Shown here in pieces: positions 54,772 to 63,566 of a stretch of 64,000 nucleotides of DNA. Numbering within the stretch: position 1 is the first letter of the stretch; every line of letters starts with the position of its first letter. The notes beneath the pieces are model-generated. The model was not told where the DNA came from. It searched no databases and saw nothing but the letters and a program-made list of their open reading frames with translations. The position numbers and the translations under genes were made by a program. The DNA comes from an uncultured Candidatus Saccharibacteria bacterium (GTDB lineage: Bacteria > Patescibacteriota > Saccharimonadia > Saccharimonadales > 2-12-FULL-41-12), in NCBI GenBank assembly GCA_964615775.1, contig CAZTQB010000005.1, positions 1,950 to 65,949 on the forward strand, read 5' to 3'.

Positions 54772-55038
54772 AAGAACTTCAACTTAAAGCTCAAACTTAA
54801 ACAAGAGCGAAGAGAAAGTCTCGAACTCGCCAACGAAGACTATTACAATACGGTTTCTTATCTGTTAAAACTCGCAAATAACATAGAAAATTTGTACTTA
54901 AAAGCCGACAGAGATCAAAAGCGGTCTATTTTAAATCTCATAGTCTCGAACTTTCAGTTAGAAGACAAATTACTGAGGTGGAAATACAAAAAGCCATTCG
55001 ATTTGATGGCTTTTTGTGCAAAAAATGCAAATTGGCTC
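54772..55038 (+). pseudogene. 3'-terminal remnant of a large serine recombinase gene
   Basis: The frame, open from 54772, reads 'LKLKLKQERRESLELANEDYYNTVSYLLKLANNIENLYLKADRDQKRSILNLIVSNFQLEDKLLRWKYKKPFDLMAF...'. This matches the characteristic C-terminal tail of 'recombinase family protein' genes. No catalytic N-terminal domain or start codon is present. The frame runs on into the tRNA. Confidence 0.65.
54863..55038 (+). repeat. Direct repeat copy 2 (176 bp), ending 6 nt inside tRNA-Asn 3' end
   Basis: See copy 1. The last 6 nt (tggctc) are the complement of the tRNA discriminator plus CCA region (GAGCCA). Confidence 0.85.
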
Positions 55039-55107
55039 GGGAGGCCGGACTCGAACCGGCAACCTCGAAGTTAACAGCTTCTTGCTCCACCATTGAGCTA
55101 CTCCCGA
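55033..55107 (-). tRNA. tRNA-Asn (anticodon GTT)
   Basis: The reverse complement folds as acceptor TCGGGAG/CTCCCGA, D-arm GCTC..GAGC, anticodon loop CTGTTAA, T-arm GCCGG-TTCGAGT-CCGGC, encoded GCCA (75 nt). There is one A-G mismatch at the top of the anticodon stem. Confidence 0.88.
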
Positions 55108-55203
55108 ATATTGGTTAAATTTAAAAATCTAAGTCATAAAAATAACAACTTTCGATATCAATATTCTACCGATGGGTGGCTAAAAAGTAAACCTCAAAAT
55201 CAA

Positions 55204-55665
55204 CTAATTTGATTTTTTAATTACACGTTGTGCGTCACGGGATTGATCACGTTTTTTTATTAGTTCACGTTTGTCGTATTTTTTGCGACCTGTACCGATA
55301 CTAATACGTAGTTTTATGTATCTGCCAGTTGTAATTAATTCTGTTGGAATAATGCTTTGGCCACGTTTTTTGGCCTCTGATAACTGATCAATTTCACGTT
55401 TTTTCATAAGTAACTTGCGGCTGCGGACTTGCTCAGTGTCGGAAAGCTTGGCCCCTAAAAAGCCGGTGATTGTAGCATTGAGTAAGTACAGCTCATCGTC
55501 CTTAAAAACAACGTAAGCTCCACGCAAATGCCCGTGACCTAGTCGTAATGACTTAGTTTCTTTGCCATTCAAAACTAAACCTGCCACATAACTTTCTTTG
55601 AGGTCGTAATCAAACTTGGCACGCTTGTTGGTAATTTTTTTGGTTTGAGCTTGTTTTTTTGCCAT
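55204..55665 (-). CDS. smpB: SsrA-binding protein
   Basis: 'NKRAKFDYDLKESYVAGLVLNGKETKSLR' and a basic C-terminal tail, the classic SmpB pattern. Confidence 0.93.
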   Translation of the reverse strand: MAKKQAQTKKITNKRAKFDYDLKESYVAGLVLNGKETKSLRLGHGHLRGAYVVFKDDELYLLNATITGFLGAKLSDTEQVRSRKLLMKKREIDQLSEAKKRGQSIIPTELITTGRYIKLRISIGTGRKKYDKRELIKKRDQSRDAQRVIKKSN

Positions 55666-55707
55666 AAACTAATTATGAGCTAAATTGACAAAAAACACAA
55701 TATATGT

Positions 55708-56847
55708 TTAATATGTTTTTTGATCTATTTTCGACGAAAGACTAGTCTCGTCAGCCGCCTTTGCCTGACCTATCTTGTCTTTGGCAGTATTCCATAAATC
55801 TGGATGGCCATTTTGTTTGAGCCAGTACCACCATTCTGGTCCCCATAGGTAGATTTCTCTGATACCGGTGTCAAGACCGTACTGAATTCGATCATCTAAC
55901 CTCTCGGCATCTAAAGATTTATACATTTCTGGGATATCTTTTGCCTGGTTCATCTTATAGCCCTCTGGTAGCCATGCCTCAGTTTGTAATTCGTGAATTA
56001 CCATACTTTTTCCAGAAACTATCTCACCGTAACCGGCCAAGCTAGAGTAAAACCAAGCTGGATAAGGATATTCAAAATAACGTTTTGTAGCAGTTTTATC
56101 CCAAACACGCTTATAAATCGATACTGCAAATTGATCTGGTGTCGGACTACGCATTGGCACACCGCCCCAGTTATTGCTTCGACTAATGATAAGTTTATGG
56201 TTAGAGTCAAGTCGCTTTACTAAATCTGCTTCGGCAACCAAACGATCTCGACTAAAGTCGGTACACTCACCAAACACGCTCATAAAATACTCATTTTCTA
56301 GCTGGTAGCTTTCTAGAGCGGGATTGTCTTTGTAGCGATTGACTGTGGCTTCGATGTAGCGATATAAGTCAGCTCGCCACTCTTCAATTGGTCGACCTTT
56401 TGCCCAAGATGGCTCATGACACTCTGGCCAGCGTGGTTGACGTAACCCGATAGCTAAAGATACTTTTGAGCCAGATTCCTCGGCCTTTTTAAATTGCCAG
56501 TCTAGTTCTGAAAAGTCATAAGTACCTCTGTTTGCTTCAATATTTTTCCAATAACTAACTAAGCGAAATTGTCTAATACCAAGATCATCAATCATTGCGT
56601 CCATTGTGCCTTCTGGGTCTAGTCCAAAATAACGGGCATAGTCTGGCACGAAAGTTACGCCTAATTTAAGTGGCTCGTTTTTGTGCTTGTTAATGTAATA
56701 TTGGCCACCAATGTAAGTAAAAAGTACGATAACTAAAAAACATGACATTAAAGCTGCCGCTACCTTGTATGTAACAGATAAATGATTAAACCAACTAAAA
56801 TATTGCTTAGGGTTGGTCGTTTTTTTGGTAGAAGACTTTTTGGACAT
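55708..56847 (-). CDS. Membrane-anchored clan GH-A glycoside hydrolase (GH42/GH5-like)
   Basis: N-terminal TM. 'SYWKNIEANRGTYDFSELDWQFKKAEESG' and 'YQLENEYF' (the NE acid/base motif of TIM-barrel GH-A enzymes). Confidence 0.6.
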   Translation of the reverse strand: MSKKSSTKKTTNPKQYFSWFNHLSVTYKVAAALMSCFLVIVLFTYIGGQYYINKHKNEPLKLGVTFVPDYARYFGLDPEGTMDAMIDDLGIRQFRLVSYWKNIEANRGTYDFSELDWQFKKAEESGSKVSLAIGLRQPRWPECHEPSWAKGRPIEEWRADLYRYIEATVNRYKDNPALESYQLENEYFMSVFGECTDFSRDRLVAEADLVKRLDSNHKLIISRSNNWGGVPMRSPTPDQFAVSIYKRVWDKTATKRYFEYPYPAWFYSSLAGYGEIVSGKSMVIHELQTEAWLPEGYKMNQAKDIPEMYKSLDAERLDDRIQYGLDTGIREIYLWGPEWWYWLKQNGHPDLWNTAKDKIGQAKAADETSLSSKIDQKTY

Positions 56848-56929
56848 AATTTAGCTTAAAATAATACTAAGATAGCAGAATAATCTAATGTATAATAAAA
56901 GCATAACAGCAATAAAATAAATATGGAAG

Positions 56930-57955
56930 ATGCACTATAACAGACAAGATCCCCAGCTGCCTAATGATACTTCGTGGAACTATGAATCAGATGACTTTAT
57001 ATTTTATGAAAAAATCAATCAGGTAACCGAAAAAATCAATGGTTTATCTTATGATGAAGTAAGCTCTATGTTGGAGCAGAAGATTGTCGATTGCAAATTG
57101 ACAGGTTTGAAATATCTTAAGCTCTCTAGTGACAGTAGAGTACATTCGGCGGTTGTGCATTTCAACCCTTTTGGTAACTCGTTAAATGGAAGTATGTTAA
57201 TACGGGCTTTTTATATCCAAAAAGTACTTGAAGAGTTTGACTTTAAGGACGGTAATGGTTTCTTGCCTGACATGATTAGCTTCACCGCTGTCAACGCAAG
57301 GCAGAGGTTTAAGCCAAATAGAACGCAGCTAAAAGCTATTGCTAATGGCGATTTTGCAAAGATTGCTGAAGTATATGTAAAATCGTTACAATCTCAAGGC
57401 TATACCCAGCTATTTATCATTGGTTTTTCTCAAGGGGCAACTTTGGCAGCAGCAGTTGCTCACCGAGCAGTACTTAGTGGGATAGAGGTCAGTCATGCAG
57501 TTTTTGGAGAGCCAGCAAATGTGCAAAATAGACGGAAACGAAAATTATCAAGAAGTTTTATACGTGACTACAAACACCTTAAAAAGGCTGTTGACGATAG
57601 TCGAATCGTACATCTAACACCATACTCGAGTCCAAGCAAACTAAAGATATTTACCAGTATTTTATATCGGCCAAGGCTAAATTATTCCTTGGTCGCCGGA
57701 TTATCACATGGTTCATTTGAGCGTGATTTTGAGTATCTAGCTAACTCAAAGACGGTTGTGACTATTGGCTGGAGTGGACTGGGGTCGGTTTGTCCTCCAG
57801 AAACAATAAAACAAATTATAGCCAAAACTCGCCAATTGCCTACTTCTAACTCAATTTATACGGTGTCTGTAAGTAATACTTCGCATGTATGGGCCGATCG
57901 CGTCAATTTACTGGCTACGTTTTACATCTATGGCCTAACTAGGCAGGCTGATTAG
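56930..57955 (+). CDS. Alpha/beta-hydrolase-fold protein
   Basis: Nucleophile elbow 'FIIGFSQGATLAAAVA' (GxSxG). 341 aa. Substrate unknown. Confidence 0.55.
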   Translation: MHYNRQDPQLPNDTSWNYESDDFIFYEKINQVTEKINGLSYDEVSSMLEQKIVDCKLTGLKYLKLSSDSRVHSAVVHFNPFGNSLNGSMLIRAFYIQKVLEEFDFKDGNGFLPDMISFTAVNARQRFKPNRTQLKAIANGDFAKIAEVYVKSLQSQGYTQLFIIGFSQGATLAAAVAHRAVLSGIEVSHAVFGEPANVQNRRKRKLSRSFIRDYKHLKKAVDDSRIVHLTPYSSPSKLKIFTSILYRPRLNYSLVAGLSHGSFERDFEYLANSKTVVTIGWSGLGSVCPPETIKQIIAKTRQLPTSNSIYTVSVSNTSHVWADRVNLLATFYIYGLTRQAD

Positions 57956-57957
57956 CT

Positions 57958-58770
57958 ATGGCCAGTCCTACTTTAACCATCGTGATACCGGTTTACAATG
58001 AAGAATTCGATATTGCCCAGTGTCTGTGGTCAATTGCTAAGCAAACTGTCGCACCTGACGAAGTAATAGTTGTAGACAATAACTCTAGCGACAATTCTGT
58101 AAAAATTGCCAAAAAATTTAAATTTGTCAGAGTTATACATGAACCCAATCAAGGCATAGCATATGCCCGAAACGCTGGGTTTGATGCGGCTAAAAGTCAG
58201 ATTATTGGTCGAATTGATGCTGACTCAAGGCTTAGTCCAAGCTGGGTGTCGGCGGTCAAACGTTATTATTCTTTCGAAACCAATCTAGCCACAGGCGTCA
58301 GTGGTCAAGGCTATTTTTATAACACAATTTGGCCAAAGTTTGCTGGTAAAATCCAACACAGCTTTGCCTTCAAGTACAATAAGCTAATTTTGGGTAATTA
58401 TATACTTTGGGGATCAAATATGGCTGTCCCAAAGTATCTGTGGGATATTGTAAAGAGTGATACTTGTTTTCAGCGTAATATTCATGAAGATATTGATCTT
58501 GCTATACACCTAAGTCGCATGGGTTTTCAGATAAATCACCGCAAGAGTATGGTTGTAGGTGTCAAAATGAAACGAGTAATGAATGATCGTAGCAGTCTAT
58601 GGAGTAACCTCATGATGTGGCCACGGACTTTTTGGATGCATCACTACCAGTTGTGGTTTTTGGCTGGTTTCGGAGCAATTTTCCTGTATATTATGTCGTT
58701 TCCAGTTAGGTTAACCGATTATTTTAGGATTTATGCCCTAAATAAACCAAAAAGAACTAGGAATTTTTAG
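57958..58770 (+). CDS. Family 2 glycosyltransferase
   Basis: 'LTIVIPVYNEE', 'VIVVDNNSSD' and 'RIDADS', plus a C-terminal TM pair. Confidence 0.85.
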   Translation: MASPTLTIVIPVYNEEFDIAQCLWSIAKQTVAPDEVIVVDNNSSDNSVKIAKKFKFVRVIHEPNQGIAYARNAGFDAAKSQIIGRIDADSRLSPSWVSAVKRYYSFETNLATGVSGQGYFYNTIWPKFAGKIQHSFAFKYNKLILGNYILWGSNMAVPKYLWDIVKSDTCFQRNIHEDIDLAIHLSRMGFQINHRKSMVVGVKMKRVMNDRSSLWSNLMMWPRTFWMHHYQLWFLAGFGAIFLYIMSFPVRLTDYFRIYALNKPKRTRNF

Positions 58771-58800
58771 TATAATACCTGTCGAAGATAAGGATATATT

Positions 58801-60057
58801 TTGAGAATTGGATTTTTTACTGATAGTTATTACCCTAATATTAACGGCGTAACTTTAGTGATTGAAGCAATGCGAAGTAGTCTTTGCGAGCTAGACCATG
58901 AAGTTTATGTTTTCGCTCCAAAACCTCTAAATAAAAAAGACCAAAAAATTCACGACAAACTATATGTCAAGCGTGTTCCGGCTATTAATGATATGCTTTT
59001 TCATGATCAATCTACTAGTGTTTTTTTCCCTACCACACAGTATTTACGGGTGAAAAGACTGGAGCTTGATGTAATCATTATTTTTACGCCGGCACAGATA
59101 GGTCTACTAGGAAGCTACTGTGCTTTAAAGCTGGATATACCTTTGGTATCTTATTATGCTACCGATCTTGTGGAATATATTGAACGCTACCCATTTGCGA
59201 TTTTGGGTGTTTTGGCACTGATGAGTACTACGCCGTTGGCACTTCGTATGAATACTCGTGATATTTTGCGGCTAATCAGGATAAGTATACCGGCAACAAG
59301 GAGCGATGAATTGTGGCGTAAAAAGATAGTCAAAGAGATGTTAAAAGATTTTCATGCACGTTGTTCACAGGTAATTGTGCCGTCGTACAAATCGGAACTA
59401 CAGATGCAGTCCTGGGGGGTTAAGACTCCTATTGACATCGTTCCGTCAGGAGTTAATCCACCAGCAGACCTACATACTATCAGCGGTCAGGGTTTTAGGC
59501 ATAAATATAAAATACCGACATGCATACCGGTGATTATGTATCTTGGCAGAGTTGCCAAAGAAAAAAACATTGATACTCTCATAGAAGCCATGAATGAAGT
59601 TCTAGAGGCTGTACCAGAGGCTTTTTTGGTTATTGTTGGCAACTTTGATTACCGTAAAACCCTTGAATCCAAGGTGGCAAGAATGAACTTGTCTGGCTCA
59701 GTGATTTTTACCGGCAAAGTGTCTATAGATGACCGCTGGCAGGCTTTTAAAGCGGCTGATATTTTTGTATTTCCATCGGTTACAGATACTCAAGCTTTGG
59801 TAATCAACGAAGCAGCTTTGTGCGGACTGCCAATCGTTTGGTGTGATAAAGACGTAAATGGGGTTCTGTTAGATGGCCAGAGTGGTTTACTCTGTGAAAA
59901 CACTGCTAATTCATTTGCCAAAACGATTATTAAGCTTTTAAATGATAAAGCTCTTATGGTCAGGTTGGGCCAGAGTGCCAGAGATAGAGCTACAAAAATG
60001 ACCGAATATAGCCAAGCTAAAAAATTTAGCGAAGTTTTGAGTGGTTTAGTAAAGTAG
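58801..60057 (+). CDS. Family 4 (GT-B) glycosyltransferase
   Basis: TTG start. 'MRIGFFTDSYYPNINGV' N-terminus and 'FVFPSVTDTQALVINEAALCGLPIV' (EX7E-type region). Confidence 0.85.
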   Translation: MRIGFFTDSYYPNINGVTLVIEAMRSSLCELDHEVYVFAPKPLNKKDQKIHDKLYVKRVPAINDMLFHDQSTSVFFPTTQYLRVKRLELDVIIIFTPAQIGLLGSYCALKLDIPLVSYYATDLVEYIERYPFAILGVLALMSTTPLALRMNTRDILRLIRISIPATRSDELWRKKIVKEMLKDFHARCSQVIVPSYKSELQMQSWGVKTPIDIVPSGVNPPADLHTISGQGFRHKYKIPTCIPVIMYLGRVAKEKNIDTLIEAMNEVLEAVPEAFLVIVGNFDYRKTLESKVARMNLSGSVIFTGKVSIDDRWQAFKAADIFVFPSVTDTQALVINEAALCGLPIVWCDKDVNGVLLDGQSGLLCENTANSFAKTIIKLLNDKALMVRLGQSARDRATKMTEYSQAKKFSEVLSGLVK

Positions 60058-60067
60058 CCTTCGCCAT

Positions 60068-60463
60068 TTAAGCAAAAGTACCAGCCAAGCGATTTGCACT
60101 TTCGCTCATCGCATGAGTGTCGCCTTTGCCAATAACTAAAGCTGTTTCATACTCAGCTTCTGTTAATGCTTGATTAAGTGCCAGGTTGCCCTCTAGGGGG
60201 CTAACGGCATCGTGGCTACCGCAGAAAATTCTTAACTGAGTATTCTCTTTTGAAATATTTTCTTTGATGGTTCTGGCTAAATCTTGTCTTGCTAGTGCCT
60301 GCGGATAGGTTATGAACAAATCTATTGGGTGACTTAGTGCGAGTTCGCCAATTGCCCTAACCACTTTCAGAGTAGAATCTGGCTTAAGTGTCTCTGGGTT
60401 TTCATCTATATACTCTTCGCGGTTGGCTGCCGATTTTGTAAGCATATATGGCAAATAAATCAA
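60068..60463 (-). CDS. Hypothetical protein
   Basis: 131-aa ORF overlapping cobO by 4 nt. 'FCGSHDAVSP...GDTHAM' faintly resembles the Asp/His end of alpha/beta hydrolases. Confidence 0.45.
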   Translation of the reverse strand: MIYLPYMLTKSAANREEYIDENPETLKPDSTLKVVRAIGELALSHPIDLFITYPQALARQDLARTIKENISKENTQLRIFCGSHDAVSPLEGNLALNQALTEAEYETALVIGKGDTHAMSESANRLAGTFA

Positions 60464-61029
60464 TAATCAATACCAGGGTTGGCTAAGTATTTTTGGTCGA
60501 AATGATGTTTTACTTTGTGCATTTCGGTAGCTATATCAGTTAGGTTTAGTAGCTCGCTTGGAAAGTTGCGGCCAGTTAGGCATAGGCTAGTTTTGGGTGA
60601 TTTATCTTTAATAAGTTTTTTGAGTTGAGTTTTGGTAAGTAAGCCATCGTTGACAGCGTTGTTGATCTCGTCGCAAATAACTAACTGGTACTTGCCTGAT
60701 GCTGCAGCTGTGTATGCTTGGTTGTAGGTGTCAAGAGCAGCTTGTTTGTGCTGATCTTTAGAGATATGGGCAGCACTAAGGTCGCCAGCATCGTAAAAAC
60801 CTTTGCCGCCTTTATAGAAGTACAGCTGATCTTCGTAAGTGTCTTGGATATCACGAATAAAATTATGCTCGCCGACACCCCAATATTTTATAAACTGAAT
60901 AAATGCCACATTCCAGCGGGTACCCAATGCCCTGACCATCAGCCCCAGGCCAGCCGAAGTCTTGCCTTTGCCGTCGCCAGTGTAGACTACAACGACCGAT
61001 TCTTTTGTATTAAAATCCTCAAAAGCCAT
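60460..61029 (-). CDS. cobO: Cob(I)yrinic acid a,c-diamide (corrinoid) adenosyltransferase
   Basis: 'VVYTGDGKGKTSAGLGLMVRALG' P-loop, 'FIQFIK' and 'LVICDEI', the CobO/BtuR pattern. Confidence 0.82.
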   Translation of the reverse strand: MAFEDFNTKESVVVVYTGDGKGKTSAGLGLMVRALGTRWNVAFIQFIKYWGVGEHNFIRDIQDTYEDQLYFYKGGKGFYDAGDLSAAHISKDQHKQAALDTYNQAYTAAASGKYQLVICDEINNAVNDGLLTKTQLKKLIKDKSPKTSLCLTGRNFPSELLNLTDIATEMHKVKHHFDQKYLANPGIDY

Positions 61030-61105
61030 ATATAAGATTTAGATTAGCGATAAAAGAGTTTGAGGTAAAGTAGGTTTTCTTTTAAATTTATGGTATAAAA
61101 ATAAA

Positions 61106-62029
61106 ATGGACCGTGGAGAGGCTTTTGGTATGTCACCCGAAGAATTACGTGAAAGATTTTTTATGCCGAGTTACGAACGGCCTGTTGCATGTGAAGAATT
61201 AATCGTTCCTGATTTCGGTATACCAAATATTCCTGGCAGAAATACAGATGAACTTGAGGTTCTTTCAGATCTGGTATTTGCATATAAAGCTTTTACAATT
61301 CGTGGTAACGAAACCGAAGAAGAAAAGAATCTAACAGTCGAGAAGATATGTGAGCATAATGGAATAGATTTTGTAACTTTTGATATGTCAACTTGCACGG
61401 GGGGTACTGATACAAAGAAGCTCAAAAGATTTATTGAAGAAACCTGCATAATTGATCGCCAAAAAGAAGTGATTTTGTCGGTTAATGGGCTACAGAAATA
61501 TTTATTTAGAGTAAGTGAATACATTGAAGCAAATTATGAAATTGGCAGGCAGCCGCATGCCCGTGGCACTTTTCAGAGGGGTTTGGCTGAGTTCTTTGCG
61601 TCGTCGATGAATAAATATCCGCTTTTAAGGCTATGTGCAACAATAGATGATCCTGAGGTTGTACTACCTGGTAGCTTTTATGGATGTGATGTATTTACAG
61701 AAACTGCAGAAATTAATAAGCCGGCAAAAGCAGCTCGAAAAGCTTTAATATACACTTTGGTTGCCCAACATGAATGGGATGAAGCTTACAGAGGTAGGCC
61801 AAGTATATTTGATATTGAAACAGATCAACAATACGTAAGAGATATTGTTAAAAGAACAAAAGCTAAAACATCTGACCAGATTAGAGAAAGTGTTAGAGGT
61901 GCTTTAGGTAATTTTAGTGGTGCTGTAGAAGAAGCTTATGAAGGTGAGGGCGATTTTCCGTCGATGACAATGAGGGCTTTGTGGCTACTGGTCTGCAAGC
62001 CAAAAGATGAAAAAATAGATTTTTCTTGA
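61106..62029 (+). CDS. Hypothetical protein
   Basis: 307-aa ORF with clean coding composition. No motif recognised. Confidence 0.5.
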   Translation: MDRGEAFGMSPEELRERFFMPSYERPVACEELIVPDFGIPNIPGRNTDELEVLSDLVFAYKAFTIRGNETEEEKNLTVEKICEHNGIDFVTFDMSTCTGGTDTKKLKRFIEETCIIDRQKEVILSVNGLQKYLFRVSEYIEANYEIGRQPHARGTFQRGLAEFFASSMNKYPLLRLCATIDDPEVVLPGSFYGCDVFTETAEINKPAKAARKALIYTLVAQHEWDEAYRGRPSIFDIETDQQYVRDIVKRTKAKTSDQIRESVRGALGNFSGAVEEAYEGEGDFPSMTMRALWLLVCKPKDEKIDFS

Positions 62030-62063
62030 TAATTTATTTACAGAGGTGGTATAGTATAAGTAA

Positions 62064-62312
62064 ATGTATATTATGGCCGCTAAAAAATCGTCCAAAAATT
62101 CAGAAATTGCCAAAGCTCGACTAGCGTTTATTAGTGGACTAATGGATACGTTTTGGCGTTTGGGAACAGCAGTTTTGTTGCCTACTATAGTTGGTTATTT
62201 GGTTGATCAAGCCAAAAACACTGAAAAATATGTTGTAATCGGCATTTTTGTTGGTATAATTTTGGCGGTAATGTTGATAATTAAGCAAGCGTTGGAGGTC
62301 ACACGGTCATGA
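62064..62312 (+). CDS. Small two-TM protein, putative ATP synthase protein I (AtpI/AtpZ-like)
   Basis: 82 aa with two TM helices. ATGA overlap with atpB, the usual position of atpI/atpZ. Confidence 0.5.
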   Translation: MYIMAAKKSSKNSEIAKARLAFISGLMDTFWRLGTAVLLPTIVGYLVDQAKNTEKYVVIGIFVGIILAVMLIIKQALEVTRS

Positions 62313-63100
62313 ACTGGATAGTTGCTGAAGCTAGTGGTCCACATATTGCGATTACACCAGAAAAATTATTTGAGATTGGTAGCTTTCAGATCACAAACTC
62401 AATTTTTTATGGCTGGATTTCGGCTATAATTATCGTCTGTCTCTTGCTATATATGAAGAGTAAGGTCAAACTCGGTGGCACAAAAGGCATCTCTGATCTA
62501 CTAGATGGCGGAACTGAGTTTATATTGGGTACTTTAGAGTCAAGCCTAGGTTCTCGTAAACGAGCTGTGCGGTATGCCCCGCTGTTTGTGACAACCTTTT
62601 TCTTTATTGTTATGAATAACTGGTTGGGGCTGTTGCCGGGTGTTGGACCAGCAGTTGAGTATCATGGCTCGCCTTTGCTGCGGCCGTTTACAGCAGACCT
62701 TAACGCGACTTTGTCGATGGCGATTGTAATGGTGTTAGTTGTAATCTACCTGTCTATGCGTGAGTCTAGTCCGCTTAGGCACGTGCGTCACTATTTTCAG
62801 GGTAGCCTTAAAAACCCAATGACTATTATCTTAGGTATGTTAGAGATGTTTAGTGAGCTTACGCGTATCGCATCATTGGCTCTACGACTTTTTCTTAATG
62901 TGGTGATTGGCGAGATTTTGATAGCAATTTTTGCACACCTGGGGTCATCTGCTGCACCTCTGTCTGCTTTACCCTTTACTCTACTAGAGATTTTTGTTGG
63001 CCTGTTGCAGGCCTATATATTTGTTGTTTTGTGTATTTCTTATCTGGCGGTCGCCACTTCGCATAATCATGATGAAAGTCATGGCAAGGAGATGACTTAA
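62309..63100 (+). CDS. atpB: F0F1 ATP synthase subunit a
   Basis: 'LALRLFLNVVIGE' with the essential Arg. 5-6 TM. First gene of the atp order a-c-b. Confidence 0.9.
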   Translation: MNWIVAEASGPHIAITPEKLFEIGSFQITNSIFYGWISAIIIVCLLLYMKSKVKLGGTKGISDLLDGGTEFILGTLESSLGSRKRAVRYAPLFVTTFFFIVMNNWLGLLPGVGPAVEYHGSPLLRPFTADLNATLSMAIVMVLVVIYLSMRESSPLRHVRHYFQGSLKNPMTIILGMLEMFSELTRIASLALRLFLNVVIGEILIAIFAHLGSSAAPLSALPFTLLEIFVGLLQAYIFVVLCISYLAVATSHNHDESHGKEMT

Positions 63101-63181
63101 AAGAGAAGAAACAAATTGACTAAATGTCAAAAATTATATAAATTATGTTAAGTTAAGCAGAAGTAAATTAAGGAGTAAAAT

Positions 63182-63412
63182 ATGCATTTATTAGCAGAAG
63201 CAGTTAATGTTGTACCACTAGCAAAAGGTATTGCACTAGGGTTTGGTGTGATGGGGCCAGCTATCGCCATTGGGTTGATTGGTGCGGCATTTATGAATGG
63301 AGTTAGCCGTAATCCAGAAAGTGCCAAGTTTTTGGGCCAGATGCTTGTATTCGTTTCTTTGGCTGAGTTGTTTGGATTAATCGCTTTCGCCAGCATATTT
63401 ATCATCAAATAA
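63182..63412 (+). CDS. atpE: F0F1 ATP synthase subunit c
   Basis: 76-aa helical hairpin with a Gly-rich helix 1 'GPAIAIGLIGAAF', polar loop 'RNPE' and carboxylate helix 'SLAELFGLIAF'. Confidence 0.9.
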   Translation: MHLLAEAVNVVPLAKGIALGFGVMGPAIAIGLIGAAFMNGVSRNPESAKFLGQMLVFVSLAELFGLIAFASIFIIK

Positions 63413-63566
63413 CAGGATATTTGTCTAGAATGCATGTTTCGAACAAAAAAATCCAATCTGCGTTTGTCGTACCTTCAAGCATGATTTACTTGCAGTTTTC
63501 ATTTTTTATACCAAATTTGCAATATTTTAGAAAATATTCCATTGAATGTATGAGGAATAATAGTTT

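Larger units (their letters stand above)
51951..55038 (+). mobile_element. Degenerate integrated islet at tRNA-Asn bounded by 176-bp direct repeats
   Basis: Direct repeats at both ends, recombinase gene remnants, a more G+C-rich 370-bp spacer, a 4-gene cargo operon, and an abutting tRNA-Asn 3' end. Confidence 0.5.

Noticed and set aside
54763-55203. Looked for tmRNA (ssrA) next to smpB
   Set aside because: The region is fully explained by the recombinase remnant and tRNA-Asn. No tRNA-Ala-like acceptor/T-arm pair with an internal tag reading frame was seen. The 42-nt gap at 55666-55707 is too short.
63148-63456. 102-aa minus-strand ORF covering the atpE region
   Set aside because: It is exactly antisense to a textbook ATP synthase c subunit on the plus strand. 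Its sequence has no motif, so it is an antisense shadow ORF.
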